A stretch of 45,153 nucleotides of DNA from Octopus bimaculoides. Taxonomy: Eukaryota. Shown here in pieces: positions 38,401-45,153 of this stretch; positions within the stretch are counted from its first letter, which is position 1; the number at the start of each line of letters is the position of its first letter. The notes beneath the pieces are model-generated. The model did not search any database, had not been told where the DNA came from, and saw only the letters and a program-made list of their open reading frames with translations. The stretch is from assembly GCF_001194135.2 (NCBI RefSeq), contig NC_068981.1:95234145-95279297 (forward strand), in the 5' to 3' direction. The position numbers were made by a program, and so were the translations under genes.

Positions 38401-41400
38401 AGCTTGGGAAAAGTGTGTGTTAAAATGATGATGATGATGATTAATATTTAAAATAACTATTTAAAATAACTATTTGACTTTTCTCTTTGTAGAATTTTTT
38501 TTTTTTTTGTTTGTTTCTTTTACCAAATGTCATATCTTTAATGCATGACAAGAACAACAATGATTGTGTTTGTAAAAATGAGAGTGAACATGTTTGGTGA
38601 GTGGATGTGTTTGGCAGGTGGTGTTTACTTGTTTAGTCTGAAGAGTAGCAGAAGCAGGTTTCAGATATTTTGGGAACTCATTAGGTCTGAGAGCAGTTTT
38701 ATGTTTAATTTGGATTATAGTAAACTAGAGGATATTTCTAGTGAGATGTAGTTCTATTTAGAAAAAGTATATGGAGGTATTTAGATTTTCTTTCTTTTCA
38801 TAGTTCAGCAATCTGAAATATAGTAATCTGATCTTGTTACAATGCAAGTTTGAATATATTTTGTGTGGCTGTTGCCAGTACCTCCTGACTGGCCTTCGTG
38901 CCGGTGGCACGTAAAAGCACCCACTACACTCTCTGAGTGGTTGGCGTTAGGAAGGGCATCCAGCTGTAGAAACTCTGCCAAATCAGATTGGAGCCTGTGT
39001 TGCCATCTGGTTCACCGGTCCTCAGTCAAATCGTCCAACCCATGCTAGCATGGAAAGCGGACATTAAACGACGATGTGTGTGTGTGTGTGTGTGTGTCTG
39101 TCCAATTATAGCATTAACCTTTTATTACAATTATAAAAATTCTATTAAAATCATATCAAGGTTGAAAAAATAGGTAACTATGATATGCTGAAGTCATCTC
39201 AGTTGACTAATATCTTTACAAAATTGTAATCTTGTGTCATAAATAGAAATCAGTATTGTTGGTATTCAGTTATTTAAACTGTATAGCAGTAATGTTGAAA
39301 TGTATTTTACTGTTTTGCTTTGACCAGTTTAATCAACTTTTTACAGTTTTACAAATATGTTTGGCAGTACCTTTTCACCATTTAATCATTAAACTTATAA
39401 AGATATATATTAACACCAGAAAGAGTCTGAGGAAGGATTTGGTTAAGTTCAGGTACTGCGAAGTGTGGATAATCAAAATGTTTTGGGCCCTTGATCTTCA
39501 TTGAATTAAAGGAGAGAAGCTTTGTCAACTTGGTTGTATGTAGGCAAGCATATGGGAAGAAATTGAAATGAAGATGTGATGTGAAGAATGAGAGAGATAG
39601 GGGTGATAAGAGAAAATCAACAAAAAGTGGAGTGGAAGCTAGAATTGGATAGGGAAGATGAGAAGGGCCAGCTAATGCATTGAGCCAGGGAAAAGGATTT
39701 AGTTTTGGGAGGGAAATGGGGAAAATGGTGATTTCATGGATAGCAGCACATACTTATATTCACTAATTTTATCATTTTAAAGCTTAACTTGAATATTTAA
39801 ATTTATTTAAAATTTTTCATTTTCAGTCAGAAACTTATAAGAAACTATTTGAATCAGAGCCAGACCGTATGTCTGATTTTTCCAGACTAGCACGGTTCCT
39901 CACTGGTACATCAATAGGTTTGGTGCTTGGAGGAGGTGGTGCTCGGTAAGAAATTTTTCTTCAGCAAAAAAATTAGAAAAAAAGCAATTGTTCATTTCTC
40001 TGTAATCATCTAGAATGTCAGTTACAATTTTATGTTGCTAAATTTTTCTCTAAAAACTCTGTCTTAAAATAATTGCATGTTGAAATCTTGAGACAAAATG
40101 CATGACAAAAAATACAATGCTTTATTCAGTTAGGTAACTCAGTTGCAGAAGTATGTTCAAACATCAACAGTAGTTGTTCCATTTGAGATTACTATGGAGC
40201 AAATCAGTTTATAGTCATTTGGATAAAGCCAACATTAGAATATCATTGTAATCACTGTAGGAGTATTTCTGAATTTTTTCACAATCTGGGATAGGCTTCA
40301 GAATACTGACACTTAATAAAATACAGTAAATAAACAGATAATTAATGAAAGCAAACCTTTTTATTAATTAGATAGATTGACCTATTTTGATAAATAGGTT
40401 ATGAAATTAGTTACAATTGTCTAACTACCAGAAAAGCTGTGAGAATTTTATTATAAAGCAAACTGTCTATGATCAAGTTCTTGTTATTAGTTGGTGTCTT
40501 TTTAATTTGCTTACATCAATTAAGGCTCTTGGAAAATGTTCTCCAGCATGGCCCCAGCCTCTGGTTCAAACATCATCATCATCGTTTAACATCCGCTTTC
40601 CATGCTAGCATGGGTTGGACGATTTGACTGAGGACTGGTGAAACCAGATGGCTATGCCAAAATATATCATTATTTTCTCCTCTAAAAGTGGATTTCACAT
40701 TAACAAATTTGACTGTGATTAGCAACTAGTAGAGGGATAGGCTTTGCCATATTAACTTGCCTTTTTTGCTCTATATATTGAATGTTTTAGTTTAGTCCCA
40801 ATAGAATCCCATTGCTTATAGACCATAATTGCTTCTACAAGATAAAGTCAATATATTAGTGAGTGTGTTTAGAAATTAACTTTACTAGCAGTTATAAATA
40901 TATTTTTTAATGTTCACCAAGTTTTATGTCATTATTACAAAATTTAAACTTGTATTTAGAGAGAGGTTTTATATTTTCAGTAGGGGAACAAAACAGTTTT
41001 GATATTTATGCCTTTCCCTGCAAAGAGTGGCTTCAGCTAAGAGCCAAAGTTGTCATGCTGTTTTATTTGATGTTTACTAGGGCTTGAACTAAACTACTGG
41101 CAAACCAGCTCAGTAGTTAAAGCATTTTACATTAAAATTGAAATATTTTCAGAGCTATTAGAAATTTAAGAATTTAACCAGAAAGTTTTTTTTTATCCCA
41201 ATTTGGGTGGATGTTTGCATATTCTTTTGGTAAATGCCTCATTTACAACTGCTCTTTCAATTGCTGCTCTGTGAATTGTGAATAGGAATGAACCTAGCCT
41301 CACAGTTCAGAGAAATAAAAGTGGAACTTTTAAATTAAACATTTTGGAGCAAGTTAAGTAATTTGCTTTGTATGGGAGTATACCTGGTTTTGTTGAGGTA

Positions 41401-44400
41401 ATTGACATTTCTCATTCACAGTAATTGTTTATATTTATAACATACAAAATATTTCGTTTACGATATATGTTGAAAGTATGTTATAAATATATTTTCAAAG
41501 CAGTGCTAGTGTTATAAACGTTATTTCCACAAATACTCAATGCATGTGCTTTGCTTGTTCACTGGCAGGCTGTTGCCTACTGCAGTGGGGATGACTCCCT
41601 GAAAGTACTGGGTATTGAAACACTTAAAAGTCATAGACAGATGATACAACTTGCCCCAAATTCCATTCAGGAGTGATTGACATCAATGCTTCGCCATTTT
41701 TGTGGCTTATTACCATCAAGTACCTGAACTGAACTGGATGCTAACTGAATCACCTGTCCATGACTATATACAGATAGTGTAAAAGCCGTTTGCTGGTATG
41801 CCCTGACAATGCGTATGTAAGAATAAATTCAAATATGAATTAGAAGCAGTGCTAGTGTCGAGAAATTTTCTCCATAACAAAATAGTGAATGGCTTTCTCA
41901 TGAGTACAAATATGTCTCAAACATATATGAACTGGTAACAAGTTTATATTTGTACACATCACTGCTTAGTGCTTCGCTTTCATATTTGTATGTTATCTCT
42001 ACTTAGCAGAAGTTAAGAAATAGGTTTGGATACCTACTTCCATTACTGACTGGAATTTGACACAAGAAACTTTTAAAATTTTGCTTTTGGTAATGTGAGA
42101 AAAATAATAGTTAGAAAAAGGTGAGACATAACTTAATGGTTGTTGTTATTGTTTAGCTCATGTAAACAGTCTGAAAATAGATTCTGATATTAATTTAGCT
42201 GAATTAATACTGTGTGAAGATAATCTATCATGATTAATAAGACTCTTTATTTTTCTATTCTTTCTGTTTAGTGGGATATCTCATATGGGGATGATCCGAG
42301 CCATGGCAGAATCTGGAATACCTATTGATATTGTAGGAGGTACGAGCATTGGTTCTATAATGGGTGCCATTTGGGCTGAATCTCAAGATGTTATCAGATC
42401 AGTACAGAGAGCACGTGAATGGTCTAATGTAAGTAGTAGGAAATAGTTTGTTTCTCTTTCTATTTACTTATTTATTTACTTTGTGTATGTTTGCATCATA
42501 TTTGTTTACTGGAATGTATATTCCTCATCTAGTTTGAATATTCCTCAGTAATTTTCCTTTTCTGTCATCATTTGGCAGAGTTGTTAGAGAATTGTAAAAA
42601 TTGTGGTAATTGTTTCAGCGTTCTGCTCTCTAAGTTCAAATCCTGCCAAGATCAATTATGCCTTTCATCCTTTCAAGGTCGATAAATAAAGTACCAGTCC
42701 TGTACTTGGGCTGAGTCTTCGCTTTCTCCTCTTTTCTATTTATATGTCTTTCTCTGAAAGAAATCAGCTGTAGTCAGATCTGGAGAGATTGGCTCTGCCA
42801 TGTCTAACAAAAGTGCCCAAGATGCACCAGCTACCATGACAACACCTCTATGACTCTGCCAAGGAGTTAAAGGCCCAAAGAAATGTTTCAAATTTAGACA
42901 TTTAAATACTGTTTGTGTAATTGTTTTTAAAGCTGAATAGTTTTCCTTGTTGCTAAGCATTAAAAAAAAAAAATGTCAGTTTGGCAAAGTGAGGTAATCA
43001 AAATTATGTGCCTTATCCTGAAGCATAATTAAATGTCGGGCTCTAAAAGGAAAATTCAACAGTGAATGAAGTAAGAATCAAAGTTACTGTTAAAGCTTTC
43101 TTTAGCCTTATTTCTTTTTAAATCAGTATTGTTTTGAATTATCAAATATTTTAAAATGCTGCTATGAACTTTTAGAAGAGGTTGAAGATTTTGTATTTTG
43201 TCAAACCTTACTTTCTATTTCTATTCATTAGTATTCGAGAGAAAAGCATAAGAGACATACTGTTTATATTGTGTAGTTTGTAATTCTAATTTATTAGACT
43301 TCAGTTTTTTGTTAGATATGTCATCCATGTATGTGTATGTTGCAATGTATGCTTATATATTACTGCCTGTAAGAGTTCTAGTTGGGAAGGGTGTCAAACA
43401 AGGAGACATCTCTTCACCACATCACAAAATGGTCATCAGAGACAGTGATCAGAAAGGTGGTGTTAGCATTAACACACCTCTGATTTGCATGCATTGTGCT
43501 TATTGCAGAAACCTCAGATCAAATGCTAACCATGCTAATAGAGCTGAACCCCAAGAATTCAGTAACAGGCCTCAAAATAAACCACCTAAAGACAAAATGC
43601 ATGCCATCTACAAATATAGCATATGGTTAAAAGGTGGTGAGGAGCAATGGAATTGAGGGGATAAAGGAATACATCTACTTCAGACGAGCTGTAAATATAT
43701 ACTGAGACATGAATGCTGAAATTTCAGGCAGAATAAGAGCAGAGTGGAAGTTCTTTTGCCTTAATTAAAGATGTGCTCAAAACAATGCTGGACAAGGCTC
43801 TGCATGCCAATCTCTTTGATAGTACCATCTGATTGCCATTCTTATATGCAAGTGAGATGTAGGCTATAATGAAGAAGGAAGAATAGTGACTATCTATGAT
43901 ATAGAGTTGCAGTGGAAAGATCCATGTTAGAAATATCACTGTGGGAGCATGTCCAAAATGTGGTAATTCGAGAACAGTGTAAAATGAAATCTAGGATCAT
44001 GGAATATATAAAAAAAAAAAACACAACACCTATTAGGTTGGACATTTTGCAAGATTAACAAATAATAAGTGGACTTGTGCAGTTGTCAAGTGGTATCCAA
44101 GAGATCAGAAGACCTCCAAGACAATAGGAAAATGAGATAATCAATCAATGATATAATCAAGGAAAGAATGAAAGCATTGTGACCTGTGATGTATATGAAT
44201 ATCTGGTCAAGAAAAAGAAAATTATACTTAAAAATTTAAGTTTTAACTACACAAGGAGCACTGTCACTTTTGTCAATTTCAGCTAGATTTTCTTGGAAAA
44301 TTTTTAGTCAGTAAATTGATTCATAGTCACTAAGGCTCTATCAATTATCCATTTACAATATTGAAATTAGAGGTTATATATTTTAGGTTCTAAATCTTTT

Positions 44401-44693
44401 GAGCAGTAAGCCTACAAAATTATTGGATTGCTCCCACTTGAAATACTAACTGAACACTTTTCCATCAATTATCTCTACATGTCTCGACAAGTTAGAGCTA
44501 ATTGGGATGGCACAATAATCGTAGTTTATATTTTATTTATCACAATATCTCATTTTTAATAGGTTTGTCTTTCTTGCTTTCTCTATTCCTCTTCTATTTC
44601 CTATATTTCGTTTTGAAACCTTTTAACAGGAAATGACTTCATTATGGAAGAAAGTTCTTGATCTTACCTATCCTGTTACGTCCATGTTCACAG
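3348..44693 (+). CDS. sws: Neuropathy target esterase / swiss cheese (PNPLA6/7 family), partial multi-exon gene, 24 exons in window
   Basis: Manually spliced GT-AG exons have compatible phases and give one open frame of about 985 codons with NTE hallmarks [79 protein letters not shown]. Confidence 0.96.
4233..4440 (-). mobile_element. Family B LINE-tail copy, old
   Basis: (CAT)n start, gggttggatggtttgac, gctgaatgcctttcctaatacc. Confidence 0.7.
4730..5420 (-). mobile_element. Highly decayed LINE (CR1/L2-like) RT remnant
   Basis: Minus-strand fragment [12 protein letters not shown] resembles the L-KLFN-SL motif; many stops. Confidence 0.3.
5514..5599 (+). CDS. sws: sws exon 2
   Basis: (V)[28 protein letters not shown]; cag acceptor, gtaagt donor. 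Confidence 0.93.
5807..7216 (-). mobile_element. 5'-truncated non-LTR retrotransposon with intact RT frame, Cys/PHD-like finger start and (GAT)n tail; interrupted by an assembly gap
   Basis: 6876-7213 is open for about 112 codons: [13 protein letters not shown]...LLYADDL...[10 protein letters not shown]...[14 protein letters not shown]; 3' UTR and (CAT)n at 5811-6047; ACTCATC at both ends. Linkage across the N gap is assumed. Confidence 0.85.
6048..6875. other. Assembly gap (N run)
   Basis: Directly visible. Confidence 1.
7596..7745 (-). mobile_element. Family B LINE-tail copy
   Basis: catgctggcatgggttggatgg...tttctacagctggatgcccttcctaatgcc. Confidence 0.85.
8348..8430 (+). CDS. sws: sws exon 3
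   Basis: [27 protein letters not shown]; cag acceptor, gtaact donor. Confidence 0.88.
8467..8557. repeat. (AAT)n/(AGT)n microsatellite, tail of the adjacent SINE E
   Basis: Directly visible. Confidence 0.9.
8558..8746 (-). mobile_element. SINE family E
   Basis: Reverse complement of the copy at 34624-34834 (ttcaaattttggcacaagg...atttgagctcagaac...gattctgccaattcactgcc). Confidence 0.8.
9066..9098 (+). repeat. Poly(A) run, 33 nt
   Basis: Directly visible. Confidence 0.95.
9122..9350 (+). mobile_element. tRNA-headed SINE with conserved-core-like central domain
   Basis: Box A tggcttagtggttaag, box B ggtttcaattgc, core gttcttgagcaaaacactt...ctccagtccactcagctggtaaaaatgagt reminiscent of V/Meta/Deu-type SINE cores; superfamily not resolved. 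Confidence 0.65.
9580..9723 (+). CDS. sws: sws exon 4
   Basis: [25 protein letters not shown]...[13 protein letters not shown]; cag acceptor, gtaagt donor. Confidence 0.92.
10480..10700 (-). mobile_element. Decayed CR1/L2-like LINE 3' remnant
   Basis: Minus strand resembles the HRR-V--L-LFY 3' region of CR1-group RT; degenerate. Confidence 0.25.
11216..11375 (+). CDS. sws: sws exon 5 (CNB domain 1 start)
   Basis: [14 protein letters not shown]...[26 protein letters not shown]; cag acceptor, gtaagt donor. Confidence 0.93.
11475..11584. other. Assembly gap
   Basis: Directly visible. Confidence 1.
11585..11969 (+). mobile_element. Composite SINE: family A head/core + (TG)n + family-B-like tail
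   Basis: ggttcagtc box B, ccttgggcaagtgtcttct core, then acaggaaagacatccagctgtagaaa...gttaaaatgttgatgac tail. Confidence 0.8.
12093..12173 (+). CDS. sws: sws exon 6
   Basis: [27 protein letters not shown]; tag acceptor, gtgaga donor. Confidence 0.92.
12666..13361. repeat. (TG)n/(TATG)n compound microsatellite containing an assembly gap (12779-13232)
   Basis: Directly visible. Confidence 0.97.
13396..13457 (+). CDS. sws: sws exon 7
   Basis: [21 protein letters not shown]; tag acceptor, gtaaat donor. Confidence 0.92.
13764..14144 (-). mobile_element. tRNA-derived SINE family D with 12-bp TSD
   Basis: Head tggcccagtggttagggcagcggac...ggtttcgattccc on the minus strand; GGATATCATCTA at 13752-13763 and 14145-14156; closely similar to 23611-23998; CpG-rich. 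Confidence 0.9.
15062..15500 (-). mobile_element. SINE family E: younger copy (15239-15445) nested in an older copy of the same family
   Basis: 19-bp direct repeat TGAGTTGGAACAAATATTG at 15220-15238 and 15446-15464; the older copy continues on both sides. Confidence 0.8.
15727..15874 (+). CDS. sws: sws exon 8
   Basis: [49 protein letters not shown]; tag acceptor, gtatca donor. Confidence 0.93.
16664..16877 (+). CDS. sws: sws exon 9 (variable Ser-rich linker)
   Basis: Polypyrimidine tract at 16633-16652, aag acceptor, open frame LVSQDE...SKDNY, gtaagt donor; the acceptor that fits phase 0. No sequence conservation to confirm it. Confidence 0.65.
17500..17745 (+). mobile_element. Family B LINE-tail copy
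   Basis: aaaagcacccagtacactctgtaaagtggttggtattaggaagagcatc...ccaactcatgccagcatgg. Confidence 0.8.
18042..18178 (+). CDS. sws: sws exon 10 (variable linker)
   Basis: aag acceptor, [11 protein letters not shown]...GGLAPVQL, gtaagt donor; phase 1 in, phase 0 out bridges exons 9 and 11. Confidence 0.7.
18696..19004. repeat. Long imperfect inverted repeat (fold-back/MITE-like), arms 18696-18792 and 18907-19004
   Basis: Arms are reverse complements with few mismatches; inner poly-T and A-rich tracts extend the pairing. Confidence 0.9.
19445..19600 (+). mobile_element. SINE family E, decayed
   Basis: ttctgaattcaaatcctgctaaggtcaccttcgcttttcatc...gggttgataaaataaag. Confidence 0.6.
20410..20559 (+). 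CDS. sws: sws exon 11
   Basis: SDDELSRQR...[11 protein letters not shown]; tag acceptor, gtgaat donor; leads into CNB2. Confidence 0.85.
20608..21030. mobile_element. Rearranged composite SINE: B-like tail on minus (20608-20815), 40-bp tandem duplication plus (CA)n, family-A core on plus (20921-21030)
   Basis: Orientation of each module read directly against the other copies. Confidence 0.65.
22187..22600. mobile_element. MITE, 414 bp, ~85-bp TIRs, TAT flanks (possible PIF/Harbinger Tourist-like)
   Basis: TIRs 22187-22272 and 22516-22600 are near-perfect; terminus (G/C)GGTAATCTTCCAG; absent at the equivalent site of the neighbouring repeat unit. Confidence 0.85.
22948..23249 (+). mobile_element. 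~300-bp insertion, probable Penelope pseudo-LTR / retrozyme-like fragment
   Basis: Flanked by AAATACATATATA (22935-22947, 23250-23262); absent from the paralogous repeat unit; contains a hammerhead-like motif. Confidence 0.55.
23120..23156 (+). ncRNA. Minimal type-I hammerhead ribozyme-like motif (degenerate core)
   Basis: TCTTT-CTGTTGA-A-GAGC-GTA-GCTT-GAAA-CG-TT-AAAGA: stem I TCTTT/AAAGA, stem II GAGC/GCTT, palindromic ACGT stem III; A6 is replaced by U. Confidence 0.55.
23611..23998 (-). mobile_element. tRNA-derived SINE family D with (CAA)n tail and 7-bp TSD
   Basis: AGGTGGT at 23604-23610 and 23999-24005; aligns end to end with 13764-14144. Confidence 0.9.
24530..24690 (+). mobile_element. 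Family B LINE-tail copy
   Basis: aaaagcacc...tggttggcattaggaaggc...ccaacccatgccagcatgg. Confidence 0.75.
25120..25197 (+). CDS. sws: sws exon 12 (CNB2)
   Basis: [26 protein letters not shown]; aag acceptor, gtaaga donor. Confidence 0.92.
25911..25985 (+). CDS. sws: sws exon 13
   Basis: [25 protein letters not shown]; tag acceptor, gttagt donor. Confidence 0.92.
26388..26745 (-). mobile_element. Family B LINE 3' UTR copy with ~3.2 x 65-66-bp internal tandem repeats (26533-26745)
   Basis: gtgctttttatgtgc units start at 26533, 26598, 26664 and 26730. Confidence 0.85.
26760..27030 (-). mobile_element. CR1-group LINE 3' RT-end remnant
   Basis: [20 protein letters not shown] resembles the conserved G--LWN-LP motif at the end of CR1/L2 ORF2. 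Confidence 0.45.
27397..27530 (+). CDS. sws: sws exon 14
   Basis: [29 protein letters not shown]...KADFYS; cag acceptor, gtatgt donor. Confidence 0.93.
27915..28140 (+). mobile_element. Family B LINE-tail copy
   Basis: tggttggcattaggaagggcattcagctgtagaaa...ccaacccatccagcatgg...(GAT)n. Confidence 0.85.
28152..28550 (+). mobile_element. SINE family A, full length, young
   Basis: Box A tggctgtgtgataag, box B ggttcagtccc, core cttgggcaagtgtcttctactatagc, (TATG/TG)n, tail gactgaaacaagtaaaagag; CpGs retained. Confidence 0.9.
28565..28740 (-). mobile_element. Family B LINE-tail copy, old
   Basis: (CAT)n...ttttctacagctggttgctcttcctaac...gggtgcattttt. Confidence 0.65.
29041..29172 (+). CDS. sws: sws exon 15
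   Basis: [10 protein letters not shown]...[25 protein letters not shown]; cag acceptor, gtaaaa donor. Confidence 0.95.
29269..29489. repeat. (CT)n then (CA)n compound microsatellite
   Basis: Directly visible. Confidence 0.97.
30050..30223 (+). CDS. sws: sws exon 16 (CNB3)
   Basis: [18 protein letters not shown]...[28 protein letters not shown]; tag acceptor, gtaaat donor. Confidence 0.95.
30614..30741 (+). CDS. sws: sws exon 17
   Basis: [42 protein letters not shown]; tag acceptor, gtaatg donor. Confidence 0.94.
31400..31525 (+). CDS. sws: sws exon 18
   Basis: [32 protein letters not shown]; cag acceptor, gtaaat donor. Confidence 0.94.
31915..32105 (+). mobile_element. Family B LINE-tail copy
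   Basis: aaaagcaccctgtacactctg...gctgtagaaaccatgc...ccaacccatgcc...gatgataatgatg. Confidence 0.75.
32497..33200 (-). mobile_element. Family B long copy containing a 39-43-bp minisatellite (32784-33133)
   Basis: Family B tail at 32497-32670, then about 8.5 units of gaggcccaacacttgaaaggaactcagccactttgcctctgt. Confidence 0.85.
33364..33427 (+). CDS. sws: sws exon 19
   Basis: [22 protein letters not shown]; tag acceptor, gtaatt donor. Confidence 0.9.
33660..33860 (-). mobile_element. LINE APE-endonuclease-like remnant
   Basis: [13 protein letters not shown]...IVVI resembles the R--KGGGV APE motif. Confidence 0.3.
33880..34050 (+). mobile_element. Family B LINE-tail copy
   Basis: gtggttggtattaggcagggcatctagctgtagaaac...ccaacccattccagcatgg. 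Confidence 0.75.
34624..34834 (+). mobile_element. SINE family E, near full length
   Basis: ggcagtgatttggcagaattattagc head, gagttcaaattctgcc box B, ataagtaccagttgagtactgggg core. Confidence 0.85.
35323..35494 (+). CDS. sws: sws exon 20
   Basis: [15 protein letters not shown]...VLYQCD...[10 protein letters not shown]...LGE; cag acceptor, gtatgc donor. Confidence 0.95.
36176..37446 (-). mobile_element. Full-length mariner (Tc1/mariner DD34D) DNA transposon, 1271 bp
   Basis: 31-bp TIRs (5 mismatches) at 36176-36206 and 37416-37446, TA on both flanks, internal transposase remnants. Confidence 0.92.
36253..37258 (-). pseudogene. Mariner transposase pseudogene
   Basis: [70 protein letters not shown]; frameshifts and stops. 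Confidence 0.9.
37447..37552. repeat. (TA)n tract abutting the mariner TA site, with a 10-N gap (37513-37522)
   Basis: Directly visible. Confidence 0.95.
37622..37804 (+). CDS. sws: sws exon 21
   Basis: [20 protein letters not shown]...[22 protein letters not shown]; cag acceptor, gtaagt donor. Confidence 0.95.
38001..38441 (+). mobile_element. Composite SINE: family A head/core + family-B-like tail
   Basis: Same architecture as 11585-11969; ends ttaaaatgatgatgatgatg. Confidence 0.8.
38545..38760 (-). mobile_element. Possible decayed Penelope-like remnant
   Basis: Weak resemblance to the region upstream of the GIY-YIG fragments at 243-990 and 1760-2150. Confidence 0.2.
38865..39075 (+). 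mobile_element. Family B LINE-tail copy, young
   Basis: Near-identical reverse complement of 5820-6000 (aaaagcacccactacactctctgagtggttggcgttaggaagggcatccagctgtagaaactctgcc). Confidence 0.9.
39827..39945 (+). CDS. sws: sws exon 22 (patatin glycine-rich loop)
   Basis: [25 protein letters not shown]; cag acceptor, gtaaga donor. Confidence 0.96.
40568..40655 (-). mobile_element. Family B extreme 3' fragment (~90 bp), young
   Basis: Nearly identical to 5820-5905. Confidence 0.85.
41513..41843. mobile_element. Unidentified 331-bp insertion with 15-bp direct repeats
   Basis: AAGCAGTGCTAGTGT at 41498-41512 and 41844-41858. Confidence 0.55.
42272..42428 (+). CDS. sws: sws exon 23 (catalytic Ser, GTSIG at 42339-42353)
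   Basis: [36 protein letters not shown]; tag acceptor, gtaagt donor. Confidence 0.96.
42575..42720 (+). mobile_element. SINE family E, decayed
   Basis: tttggcagagttgttag...aagttcaaatcctgcc...gcctttcatcctttcaaggtcgataaataaagtaccagt. Confidence 0.7.
43365..44200 (+). mobile_element. Decayed RTE-clade LINE 3' portion
   Basis: [54 protein letters not shown] in shifting frames. Confidence 0.75.
44630..44693 (+). CDS. sws: sws exon 24
   Basis: [22 protein letters not shown]; cag acceptor, gtaaga donor. Confidence 0.94.
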
Positions 44694-44883
44694 GTAAGAC
44701 CACTTAACACGCGTCATTTTATTTGTTGATGTTTTTTGAATAATAAAGTCTGACAGAAGCATGGCTTGATGGTGAGGAAGGAGTAGTTTACACTGGAAGA
44801 GAATTTAAGTTAAGAACCAATTAAAATTTTAAGATACTCTACAGGTATCTCTATTTATGTACCTTAGTTTTCAGCATCATTTT

Positions 44884-45153
44884 TGTTATGTTTCCCTCGG
44901 ACTGACTCGCAGAGATAACATAACGAGTTATACAATTTAATTATTACATTTATTGTTCAATTACATACAAAGAACGCACTCACCCAATGTTCGTTATGAA
45001 TAAACAAAAGTCATGTCCGCCATATATATATCAATGACATTTTACTACGACAGTCCCACAAGACAACAACAATGAAACAATGAACTCAGACGAACCACAT
45101 GACACACGGAACGTCAGACGAATTACATATCTAACAGTCCATATAACAATTTT
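44884..45153 (-). mobile_element. Probable LTR (3'/U5 end) running off the window edge
   Basis: Abrupt CpG-containing segment; minus strand has AATAAA and ends ...aaacataaCA; no partner LTR in view. Confidence 0.35.

Overview
Eukaryotic, AT-rich, microsatellite- and retroposon-dense genomic DNA with four assembly gaps. The repeat families look like those of an octopus or other coleoid cephalopod; this is inferred from recalled repeat sequences, not from a search. One host gene spans the window on the + strand: a neuropathy target esterase / swiss cheese (sws, PNPLA6/7) ortholog. I traced 24 GT-AG coding exons (3348-44693; 2956 nt, about 985 codons) whose phases join into one uninterrupted frame: N-terminal TM helix, three cyclic-nucleotide-binding-like domains, and the start of the patatin domain (GGGGAR, GTSIG). 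The start codon, catalytic Asp (DGG) and stop codon were not found and probably lie outside the window. The introns contain several tRNA-headed SINE families, a 5'-truncated LINE with an intact RT frame whose 3' end recurs in a dozen short copies, Penelope GIY-YIG remnants, a full-length decayed mariner, MITEs, an old RTE LINE and a probable LTR. Best second-look items: a TSD-flanked insertion carrying a Penelope-type minimal hammerhead ribozyme fold (23120-23156); a ~100-bp-arm hairpin hiding a cryptic acceptor, stop and AATAAA (18696-19004); head/tail-swapped SINEs; and inverted repeat pairs that could form dsRNA in this neural pre-mRNA. No prokaryotic systems, CRISPR arrays or true tRNA/rRNA genes were seen.
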